Assembly (NCBI GenBank): GCA_016748015.1
Contig: JAAOMT010000563.1
Span: 540,625 to 574,782, forward strand
DNA: 34,158 bases
Reading direction: 5' to 3'
DNA from: Geosiphon pyriformis uo1
Taxonomy: Eukaryota; Fungi; Glomeromycota
This document shows positions 1 to 9,896 of this stretch, one piece after another. How positions within the stretch are numbered: the stretch's first letter is position 1; every line of letters begins with the position of its first letter. The notes under the pieces are model-generated. The model did no database searches, was not told the DNA's origin, and saw nothing but the letters and a program-made list of their open reading frames with translations. Both the position numbers and the translations under genes were made by a program.

Positions 1-329
1 AAATATATAATTATTTAAAAAATAAATTGAAAATATTGAAAATAATATATTTTTTGATATTTAATACAGTATATATTTTATATAATAAAAACTATATAAA
101 TTTTTTATTTTAAATTATTATATATATAACTAAATAAAATAAATTTTAAAATTTTATATTTAATATAAAAAATAAGATTTATTTAAATATTAATATAATA
201 CAATATATTTGATATATTTTATAATTTTATTTACAAAAGATTTTTATTAATAATTTAATTTTTAATACCAAAAATATAAACAAAAGAAATTAAATTAGTT
301 TTTAATTTTTAATTATTTTTTATTATTAA

Positions 330-1440
330 AATATTAGCTTATCAGTTTGAATATTAAATAATTTCATAATTTTGTAAGCTACTATATATTATTACTTATA
401 ATAAAACAATTTACATACTTATAAATGCAAATTGCCTATATAAAAGTTTTTTTAATAATGTTCAAACCAAAAAAATTATTATGTTTATTATATATATTCT
501 TTCACTTTGTGTTTTCATAAGTTTTGGCCTAAATGCTGGATTTATCCAAATATTATTCTTGATAATTAATAATATAAAATTATCAATTTAAAAATCCTAT
601 AACTTTATCTATTTTGAAAATTATTTGTAATTCTCATAAGAGTTTTATTCAACTTTTTCTATTTTTCATTATACACAAGTTTTATACATAAATTTTTAAT
701 ATACTTTTCTGAAAACTTTGATACAAACTCATAGTATTTATCTTGAATTAAGTTTAAAAGTGTAATAATTATATTATGTGCTAATTTTTGTTAAAAGATT
801 AATTATATTAAAATATTAATTACAACAAAAAAAATGAAGTTATTTTTATCATAAACTTTTAATGCTGTTTAGATAACAACTTTTCTACAATAATAAAATT
901 ATTACTTATAACTTGACTAGTTAGAAGATCTTTTCAGATTAGATTTGTAATAGAAATATTTTTTATGTTTTTATAGAATTTTACAAAAAGAGAAAAAAAA
1001 TTACTCAAAAGTCTCTTTTGTAAATATTTTTTATTTTTTTTATTATATTATTATTATTAAGAATTTGTTCACTCTTTATACATATATATATATTAATTTA
1101 AATTTATATATATTATTGTTACAAAATGTAATTTCTTATATTATCTTTAATACTTTAATATTATATAGACTACAGATGGTTTTATAGGCATATTTAAACT
1201 GATACAGAATAATATTTTGTTAGTATAACTTGATAATATATATATTATTTCTTTTTATTTACATTTATAATCAAAAATATTTTAAAGTTATTATTCTTGT
1301 TTGGCTGTCACAAAAATTCTAACTTATCTAAATATTACTTCACAGAGTTAAAACATCTTTCACTATGTTTAAAAGTTATAATTTGTACTTATAGATTCAG
1401 GTATTTATTTTGAATTTGTCAAGTAATATCTGTATTGTCA
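330..1440 (-). pseudogene. Decayed non-retroelement protein-coding remnant, possibly intron-containing, family uncertain
   Basis: Minus-strand translation gives protein-like text with stops, e.g. ~1440-1260 DNTDIT*QIQNKYLNL*VQIITFKHSERCFNSVK*YLDKLEFL and ~560-420 NNIWINPAFRPKLMKTQSERIYIINIIIFLV*TLLKKLLYRQFAFIS, followed by a GTATGT donor-like site at 418-413. No RT, IN or gag motifs. Confidence 0.35.
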
Positions 1441-1499
1441 TTATAATATATAAAAATATCTAAAAAAGAGAATAACTAACTTTAAAAAAATATTAAAGA

Positions 1500-2768
1500 T
1501 TTTTTTAAAGCATTCAGAATCTTCACTAGCAATGTTTTTTATAAACCAAATTGCATTAATTATTAGCTTTAAAAGTTTATCTTTTAATATTGTTTGGTTG
1601 CTTTCTGTACTTATATAAATTACTAACTCTGTTGTAATATGTTTTACTGGTTAATCTTTTAATTAAATCATTTGTTTGTACATAATATAAAAATGATAAT
1701 AGTTTTTTAATTCTAAATTTTTGACTTAATTCTGTTAATGTTCTGTTTACAAAATAAGTTTTTTGGTTTGATAACAATTTTTTTGAACATTTAGATTAAC
1801 AAATCAAATTCTGGTATTCAAATTCGGCTATAGATTCTGCATTTGCTCTTTGAATGATTTTAGCTTCTGACTATTTTATAAGATATTTTATAATTATTGC
1901 TATGTATTAGTTGTCTTTGCTGATTATTATTAATGGTCTTATTAAGTTAATTTTAATTTAATTAAATAATTGTTCCACTTTGATTAATTTTAGTGGTTTG
2001 TTGTGTTTTGTTTTTTTTTTCTTTGAAAAACATCATAATTTTGAACATATTGAATGATATCTGAATACATTAATGATCAATAGTATTTTTTTCTGGTTTT
2101 TTCTATGATTGCTTCTTTATGAAAATATTCTATAGTTGAATTTAAGTGTATGTTAAACAGTATTGTCTCTTTTTTTTGGTTCTGTAATTACTCTAAATAA
2201 CTAGTTTGTATCTTTTCTGTTTTTTTGATATAATATATTTTGATAAGTGATAAAATATTTTGATTGTTGTTTTATGTTGTTTTGTTTTTTTGAGATAATT
2301 TTTCTTTAAACTATTAAGTATTCATATAATATTGGAGTTGTTAATATTTTTGAGTATTTATTTTTTGTTATATTTTTGGATTAAAATGTTTTTAAATTTG
2401 TCTTATTTATAACAAACTGTTAGTATTTTCATTTTTTTTTCATTTTTTATAGTGTACTGTATAATTAAATAGTGTTAATTTTATTTTTTATTTTATATGA
2501 TATTTATCTCCAAATTTTTGCTTTTAAATTAATGTTAATTTTTTGTAATTAGTATATACATTAAACTTTTAACTTTAGTATTTCTTTTATTTGATAACAG
2601 TCTAATAAATAGCTAAGTATTCCAATACTGAGATGTTATAGTTTTTTTAGCTAAACTCAAACTTTGGCTAACATATGTTATTAGATGTTCTTGTTTATTT
2701 AATTTTTTTTGTAATAATACTGTTTTTAATACTTGACCTAATATATTAGTAATAATAATACTTACTAT
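1500..2768 (-). mobile_element. pol: Ty3/gypsy element C: degenerate pol fragment (RNase H + integrase)
   Basis: RNase H-like IIITNILGQVLKTVLLQ..QEHLITYVSQSLSLAK-KNYNISVLEYLAI (2765-2605). Integrase core INLIRPL..DN*YIAIIIKYLIK*SEAK (~1955-1860) and LSNQKTYFVN..YYVQTNDLIKR (ORF 1577-1777; canonical SDQGTHF..YHPQTNGLVER). Cut at 2768 by the LTR of element A. Confidence 0.85.
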
Positions 2769-3506
2769 TGTTATAGATTGGAGTAACAAGCTAACAAATA
2801 ACAAGGAAGAACAGAATTGTAAAATAATGAAAAGAATCAAAGAGAATTCAACTTCAAAGAGTAAATTGAATGAGTATGAATTCAATGTGTGAGATTAGTC
2901 TTATAAAATATTTTAGTCACTATACTTTTCAAATAATAATTGGAGAATCTGAAGGTAAAGAGATAGTTTGTACTGTCAACAAATAATTACATACTGGTAT
3001 AATTCTATGCCTTATGTTAGCACTTTTAGAATTTAATATCAAGTATCAGATATACTCTTAAGTCACATTTTATTTAATAATCTTTAAATGTTACAATTAT
3101 ACAAGTCAGAAAAAAAGTAGATAAATGCCAATAAGTAATCTTTTATCTCAAGATATTTAGATACTTAAAAGTAAGAAAAAAAAAATTAGCAATAAGAAAA
3201 GAATTAAAATGAAGTTGTTATTTTATTTTATATTTTTTTTTGATTCTTACATGCTTTTCTATAGCTAAAAAATTCATTGCTTATATAGCTATCAAAAATA
3301 GTCAATAATCAGATCAACAACTAAATCAATAATTAAGTCAATAATCAGGTTATTAATTAGGTCAATAATCAAGTCAATAATCAGGTCAATGGTCAGGTCA
3401 TTAATCAGATTAATAATCACTATCTAAAAATAGAATGACTAATTATATGACATTAGTAACTAATACATGTGATAATTAATAAGAAGTATAGGTTTCAACT
3501 GTAACA
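2769..3506 (-). repeat. 3' LTR of Ty3/gypsy element A (~738 bp)
   Basis: Plus-strand termini TGTTATA (2769) ... GTAACA (3506). Directly preceded on the minus strand by the purine tract TTTGGAAAGAATAA. The left end coincides with the interruption of element C RNase H. Partner LTR not in window. Confidence 0.7.
3301..3420. repeat. Tandem array, 10 x 12 bp (consensus GTCAATAATCAG), in the U3 region of LTR A
   Basis: gtcaataatcag/atcaacaactaa/atcaataattaa/gtcaataatcag/gttattaattag/gtcaataatcaa/gtcaataatcag/gtcaatggtcag/gtcattaatcag/attaataatcac. Confidence 0.9.
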
Positions 3507-3520
3507 TTATTCTTTCCAAA
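3507..3520 (-). other. Polypurine tract of element A
   Basis: Minus strand TTTGGAAAGAATAA abuts the LTR start TGTTAC. Confidence 0.65.
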
Positions 3521-3727
3521 GAGATTGAACTCTGGCAAAATCAAGCTATTCATGATATAATCTATTTAAAAAGTTTTATCTAATTCAAAGCTAACTAGTT
3601 TGTTAAAGTCTTTTGTAAATAGAATATATAATACTTAAAGTAAAATGAGTTTTGTATTCAAAAGACCAAATTTTTGTATTAGAGTTTTGGTTCTTTTAGC
3701 AATAGTTAAAACTCTTAGAACATTTAA

Positions 3728-4132
3728 CTATATAATGCTCAAAATTTCTGTCTGTATCTCTGAAGTTGTTTTCTTTATAAGTTTTATATTCTCTATGATT
3801 TCTCCAAAGTGACCATAGAATTTTAATTGTCTTTCATATGATAAATTTTTGTCTATGAGCAAAATTTTTTGGATTGTTTTTCTAATTATGCTAGAAAGTA
3901 AGAGTATAGCTGCTGTTATATTTTCTAACAGATATTTATCTATTTTGCTACCAATTTTTTTTCTTTTGATAGTAGTTTTCTTTGGTCTAATAACAGTATG
4001 TGTTTTACTGTTATCAATTATAGTGGTTTGTTTTCCAATGGTCAGAGTAGTATTTGAATAGTTTTTGATCCAATACTTATGGAGAGTATAAAAAGCATTT
4101 TGAATATTTTGATCCAGAAAATAATTGTTCAT
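3728..4132 (-). CDS. Extra 134-aa ORF between integrase and PPT of element A, unknown function
   Basis: ATG-initiated open frame on the pol strand, starting shortly after the end of integrase. No motif recognised. Confidence 0.5.
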   Translation of the reverse strand: MNNYFLDQNIQNAFYTLHKYWIKNYSNTTLTIGKQTTIIDNSKTHTVIRPKKTTIKRKKIGSKIDKYLLENITAAILLLSSIIRKTIQKILLIDKNLSYERQLKFYGHFGEIIENIKLIKKTTSEIQTEILSII

Positions 4133-4199
4133 GTCAATTGAAAATACCTCTGTTTTAGAAATAATGCATTTATTTATATCTGATTTTTGCTGATCATTT

Positions 4200-7111
4200 G
4201 GGTTAATATTACCACAACAGATAACTAATCAAGTCGTTTGTAATATTTTTTGAGTTATGTATCATAAACAAGATAATTATTAAAAATTGTTCTATATTAA
4301 TCTTATAAGATATAAGAACTATTGTTCAAAACTTTGTTAATTAAAAAGTGTTTTTTTTACTGGCTAGAGAATTTATTACTATAGATATTGTTTTTGTTTA
4401 AGCAATATTTCAAAATTAAGTCACCAACATTTAAGAAAAGTGTTTTATAGATCTTTTTTTTTTAAGTTTTTCTTAGAACTGATTTATCTTTTTAAAGGCA
4501 ATTATTCGTGTTTCTACCAAAGTGTCAAGAATGATATTAAGTTTTTTTTGCAAAATATTTTTGTAATTCTCTATTGTAATTTTTTCAAAAGGTATTGTTT
4601 TAATATTGGTTTTTATTAGTAGCATTTTTATGTGTTTATAAAATAGATAAAAAAGTTTATAACTTGTTATGTCATGATTTACAGTTCTATAAGCAAATAA
4701 AGCTAAAAACAGTATTTTGTTTCATAAATTTGTTTTTTACTGGTTTTGGCTAAGATTTTACATAGTGTTCTATTGAAATATTTTACTAGACCATTTGTTT
4801 GAGGATGATAAAAAGAGGAAAGTTTATGATATATTCCCATTTTTTTACAAAGTTTTTTAATTAGTATTCTAAAAAAAGCTCTTTTTCTATTAAATAAAAG
4901 TTTTTTGGAACAGCCATAGTAACAAATAATATCTTCATAAATAAAATTAGCTATTAAGACTGCTGTTTAATCTGCAGTAGCTCTTGCTTCTATCCACTTT
5001 GTAAGATAGTCAGTAGCTGTAATAATGTATCTATTGCCATCAGAAGTTATTGTTAGGGGTCCAATAACATCTATGTAAATTTTGTTAAATAGTTGACTAA
5101 TAGAAATTAGATAGATATTTTTTTGGTGATTAAGTTTTTTTTTCTTTGGCAGGTATTACAGGTTTTGATGTACTCAGCAATGCCTTTTTCCAAAGTAAAT
5201 TAATAATAGCAAGTTAAAGTTTTTTGAATTGTTTTAGTTTTTTCAAAGTGTTTAGCTAATAAGTCAGTATGTATGTTATATATTACAATTTCTCTTTTTT
5301 CAAATCTTATGATTCTTTGGAAGTGGTCAGAATTTTTTTAATTTTTTTTATATAACTGGTTCTGGCAGATCAAATAAAAATTTGATTGTTTGTGTAAATG
5401 TTCTTTTTGCTATTAAGTATAGTTTAATGAACATTGTTTTTTATCTAAAAATTTCATTAAGGCAGAATAGTTATCTAAGTCTATTATCATGTTTGTTAAA
5501 AGGGAAGATATTAATAATTAAAGTGGTTTGGTTGAGAGATTATACTATTACTGGATGGTAAGTTTGGAAAAAGCATCAGTGTTTTAATGATTTGCTTTTT
5601 TGCAGTATTGTATATCATAGTTGAATTTATCCAAGTAAAGTATTTAGCAAGTTATCTGTTTATGTTCTAGTTTTTTTGTTATATAGCCAGACCAAGGCTT
5701 GATAATCTGTTATCACTAAAAATTTTACACCAAGAAGATATTAATCCCAATAACTAATAGCCAAACTACTGTTAAGCATTTTTGTTCAGTAATTGAATAG
5801 TTTTTTTTTGTTAGTGTGAAAGTTTTACTGACATATGTTATAATATGTTCTCTGTTATTTTCATCTTTTTGTGAAAGAACAATGCCAAATCTATAACCAG
5901 ATATATCAGTATACAAGATAAAAAGTTGATCCAAGTCAGGTTGTTTAAAAATTGGTTTAGTAATGAGTTTTTTTTAAAGTTTTAAAAGCTTTTTGTTGAT
6001 AAATGCTCCAGTAATAATTAATATTTTTTCTGAATAGTAATTAAGAAAAAAGGCAATTTAGAGAAATTTTTAATAAATTTGTAATTGCAAGAAGCCAAAC
6101 CAAGAAAAAAGCATAGTTTAAGAATATTTATTGATTGTATAATGTTCTGAACTTTTTCAACTTTAGCTGGGTCAGAAAAAATTCCATCTTTTGTAATAAA
6201 ATAACCAAGAAACTGGGTAGATTGTCATTCAAAAAAAAATTTAATTAAGTTTATTTTGAGACCAACATTTCTAAGGAAATCAAAAATCTTTTGCAAATGT
6301 TCAAAGTGTTCATTCCAGGTTTTTGAGTATACCATTATGTCGTTTAAATAGACTAGAACAAAGTTTTTTTTACTGATTTAAACACTTTGTTCATTAGGCA
6401 TTGAAAAATAAGAGAGATATTAATAAGACCAAAAAACATAACTGTAAATTCATAAATGCCATATTTGGTAATGAAAACAGTTTTTTTTTTGTTTTCTGAA
6501 TTTATTTCTACTTGCCAGAATTCAGCAGTTAAGTTAATAGTTGAAAAAAAAGCAGCATCATTGAATTTATCTAGCATTGTATTAATTTTGGGAAATAAAT
6601 ATATGTTTCTTATAGTGATGGCATTTAATTGGTAATAGTCAACACAGAAGTATAGAGTTCTGCTTTTTTTGAATACCATTACAATTAAGAAAGCCTATTT
6701 ACTTTTGGTTTCTTGTATGAATCCAAGATTTTTTATTCAGTTTATCTCTTTTTTGATAAATTTATCATTGTGTTAATTGGATTGATAAGACTTCAAATAA
6801 ATAGAGTGAGTTTTTTTGGTGGTAATAATATGTTGTAATATATGAGTTTATTTAAAGGTATCACTTTCTTTTGAAATAACTGGACTATTTCTAGCCAACA
6901 GATTTTCAATTTCAATTTTTTTTTAGAAGAGAGTTTTTTTTGTTCTATTACAAGTGATTAGATCTTAGGTAATTTATTTTCAAAAAACTTTTGTACTTTT
7001 TTTAGTTCTTTTCTGAGTATTAGACTAATAGGTTCCCAATCTTTGTAATAAATTAGACAGAATTTACATTTATTACTAGGAAAATACAAGAGTTTATTAC
7101 ATTAGTATTAG
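4200..7111 (-). pseudogene. pol: Ty3/gypsy element A pol pseudogene (RT-RNase H-integrase)
   Basis: RT: FCVDYYQLNAIT, FSTINLTAEFWQV, YEFTVMFFGL, YLND at 6339-6350 (from YLDD). RNase H: FILYTDISG..LSQKD..KNYSITEQKCLTVVW (5725-5934). Integrase: H..H..CNTCQ zinc finger (~5275-5145), IDVIGPL, DYLTKWIEA, YHPQTNGLV. The RT-RH-IN order defines Ty3/gypsy. Many stops and frameshifts. Confidence 0.95.
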
Positions 7112-7964
7112 TATTACAGATAATTATTTGGGATATAAAAACAAATAACAAACTCATAACTTGGTGTTTAATTGATATAATAATGTTGGTTTTTAAAGAT
7201 TTTTATAATCTGAAAATTTTGGTTAAGTTTTTTGTATAATAAACAGAAATTCAGGTATTGTTTTATTCATAGCTTCTCAGAATTGCAATTTTGTCAAATT
7301 TTTTTCTTAGCGTGATGGCCAGTAATTTTTCTAATAAGCTGTTCTTAATTATAAATGTTTTACCTTTGTTTTATTGGTTTTTTACCAGTTCTTTTGATGT
7401 CAATAACTCTGTGCATTAATCTTTTAATTAATTAATAAATCAATAATCAAAAATAAAATAAATAAAAATAAATAAAAAAAATAAAAAAATAAAAAAAAAT
7501 AAAATAAAAAATAAAAAATAAGTGTTTTGTCAATAGCCATAATCAAGAAATATTGTGCCAGCAGATTAAATAGTAGATAATAACATGGATTTGAAGAATT
7601 AAAAAGATATTTTATTGATATAATTTTATTTTGGTTAATAGCAACTATCTTTAAAGAGAAAAGTATTTAATAATTATGATCTACAAGTTTAATTAACTTT
7701 AAAAGTCTAATTGACTAATTTTCTAGCTTCTGATACTACTGTTATATATATATAATTTATGTTATACAAGATTTTTTGAATTCTTCAATTTTTAGCCAAA
7801 AATTTTGGAATTCTAAGAATTCTGTAATTCTTTATACAAAAATTCTATAATTCTGCAATTTTGCAATTCTTCTAAGAAAAATCCTGCAATTTCACTTTTA
7901 CTACATCTATTCTGATTGGCTAATTTATGTACTAATATATAATTTTTATATTCTATAAATAACA
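7112..7964 (-). repeat. 3' LTR of element B (~853 bp)
   Basis: TATTACA (mutated TGTTACA) ... TAACA termini. Minus-strand PPT AAAGGAGAAAATAA at 7965-7978. Contains an (A4-9T)n tract at ~7448-7520, a TATATATA box at ~7744-7754 and short aattctgc-type repeats at ~7790-7890. Confidence 0.88.
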
Positions 7965-8015
7965 TTATTTTCTCCTTTAATATTGAGCTTCTGCAAAATC
8001 TTCTAAATTTTTCTT

Positions 8016-8225
8016 TTGTATTAATATTGTTGTTGTAATTGCTATTGCTATTTTTAAATCTAATTTTTATATGTAATTAAGGTTTTTAACTATAGTGATT
8101 TGTTCAGAATATCCAAATTCAAATTTTGTATCTGTATTATATATATGTTTAGACATAATATCTTCATTATTATTGTTGAATTAAGTTAATTCCTGTTCTA
8201 TTGTAAGATCTAAAAGTGTAATATA
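8016..8225 (-). pseudogene. dUTPase N-terminal remnant in element B
   Basis: QYITLLDLTIEQELT*FNNNNEDIMSKHIYNTDTKFEFGYSEQ...LDLKIAIAITTTILIQ is a decayed form of P.RAH.TDAGFDLRY (dUTPase motif 1) ... IDLKIALEIP..TMVQ. Truncated just before motif 2 (RSS). Confidence 0.65.
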
Positions 8226-8400
8226 TTGTTCAATATTTGAAGTAGAGTTTAAATTATTGTGAATAGAGTTTGAATTATTGTTGTCATTAACAGAGTTTAA
8301 ATTATTGTTGTTATTAGTGGAGTTTGAATTATTGCTATTATTAGTGGAGTTTGAATTATTGTTATTATTAATGAGATTTGAATTAAAATTAAGTTTTGAT
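8226..8400 (-). repeat. Asn/Ser-coding low-complexity repeat (21-27 bp units) upstream of the dUTPase
   Basis: Recurrent gagtttgaattattgtt units. Encodes NNNSNST repeats of ORF 8181-8405. A homologous Asn-rich linker lies at ~24160-24270. Confidence 0.8.
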
Positions 8401-8554
8401 TCCAATTTTCATTTGTTCTTGCTAATTGGCTCTTCTTTAAATATATAATGCGTGAGAGTGAATTGTGACTACATCCTAATATTTTGATTTAAGACTATCA
8501 AATAAGTTTTGCTAATTTATTGATATTGTGAAAATTAAGTTTTATTGAACTATT

Positions 8555-9035
8555 AGAAGTAAGTTTTCTTGTATGATAGTAAAGTTTAGAATTTATTGGA
8601 CTTTAAATGTTTGGGTTTTTAAAAAATTCCCAAAGTTTGAATTACTAAAGGTTTAATGAGTTTTTATCAACAGTAAGTTTTTTTATATAATAGTAGAGTT
8701 AAAATTATTGGGTTTCAAATTTTTGAGTTTTTTAACAATTAGGTCTTAAATAATTGAAGTTTTAATTTAACAAGTTTTAACAAGTTTATTAACAGTAATT
8801 TTTGAATGTTCGGAGTTTTAATAATTGGGTCTTTAATAATTAGAGTTTTAATTTTAAAAAATTTATCAAAGGTAAGTTTCAAATATTTGGGATTTTAATG
8901 ATTAAGGGTTAAATAATCAGAGCTTTAATGTAACAAGTTTTAAAGAGTTTATCAATAGTAATTTTCAAATGTTTGGGATTTTAATGATCAGGTTTTGAAT
9001 AATTAAAGTTTTAATTTTCACAAATTTATCAAAAA
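8555..9035. repeat. Degenerate higher-order tandem repeat (~77/~86 bp units, ~163 bp period) in the element B interior
   Basis: gtaaKttt(c/t)RaatRtt anchors at 8795, 8872 and 8958. 8783-8870 aligns to 8945-9034. Confidence 0.75.
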
Positions 9036-9197
9036 TAATATTAAAATAAAGATTTCACAAATCCTAAGTGATTTTCTCTTGTTTTTTCTTGGTCTGTTAC
9101 TTTTCTGCATAATTGTTGCTGATGCTAGTTCTTTGTTGAATTATACCTCATAAGAAGCACCAAATGTTACAAATAATTAGTTTTTTGTTAGATTATA

Positions 9198-9214
9198 CCT
9201 TACAGAGAACACCA
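9198..9214 (-). other. Primer-binding site of element B (second copy at 9146-9162)
   Basis: Minus strand TGGTGTTCTCTGTAAGG begins 2 nt after the LTR end. The second copy reads TGGTGCTTCTTATGAGG. Confidence 0.8.
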
Positions 9215-9216
9215 AA

Positions 9217-9896
9217 TGTTATAGATGATTATTTGAAATATAAAAACAAATAATAAATTTATAACTTGATGCTCAATTGATATAATAATGTTAATTTCTA
9301 AAAATTTTCGTAATCTGAAGGTTTTGGTTGAGTTATTTGTATAATAAACAGAGATTTAGGTATTGTTCTATCTGTAGCTTCTTAAAATTGCAATTTTGTC
9401 AAATTCTTTCTCAGTGTAATGGTCAGTAATCTTTCTGGTAAGTTATCCTCAATTATAAGTGTTCTATCCTTGTTTTACAGATCTTTTACTAGTCTTTTTG
9501 TTGTCAGTAACTCTGCATGTTAATTTTTTAATCAATTAGTAAATCAACAAACAAAAATAAAAAAAATAAAAAAAATAAAAAAAAATAAAAAAATAAAGAA
9601 AAATAAAATAAGAAATAAGAAATAAGTGTTTTGTCAATAGCTGTGATTAAGAACTATTGTGTCAACAAATTAAGTAGTGGATAATAACATAGATTTGAAA
9701 AATTGAAAGGATATTTTATTAATATAATTTTATTTTGGTTAATAGCAACTATCTTTAAAAAGAAAAGTATTTAATAATTATTATTTGCAAGTCTAATTAA
9801 CTAATTTTCTAGCTTCTAATACTACTATTATATATACATAATTTATGTTATATGAGATTCCTTGAATTCCTCAATTCTCTAGTTAAAAATTCTGGA
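9217..9896 (-). repeat. 5' LTR of element B, truncated at the LINE junction
   Basis: Starts TGTTATAGATGATTATTTG and is colinear with 7112-~7809. Similarity stops after aattctgga at 9896. Confidence 0.88.

Larger units (their letters stand above)
7112..9896 (-). mobile_element. Non-autonomous LTR retrotransposon B (two LTRs, duplicated PBS, repeat region, dUTPase N-terminal remnant, PPT; no RT/IN)
   Basis: Direct repeats 7112-~7810 and 9217-9896 align along their length. PBS next to 9217 and PPT next to 7964. Internal region only ~1.25 kb. Confidence 0.88.

Noticed and set aside
2613-2885. 90-aa ORF as a gene
   Set aside because: Chimeric frame running from LTR A into the RNase H remnant of element C.
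3301-3420. Possible CRISPR-like array
   Set aside because: Head-to-tail 12-bp units with no unique spacers, no cas genes and a eukaryotic LTR context.
3849-4061. Hydrophobic plus-strand ORF as a membrane or env protein
   Set aside because: Antisense shadow of the A-rich ORF 3728-4132. T-rich codons give spurious hydrophobicity.
8181-8405. Asn-rich ORF as a standalone prion-like gene
   Set aside because: It is the low-complexity linker of the retroelement polyprotein, and the frame continues past the stop into the dUTPase remnant.
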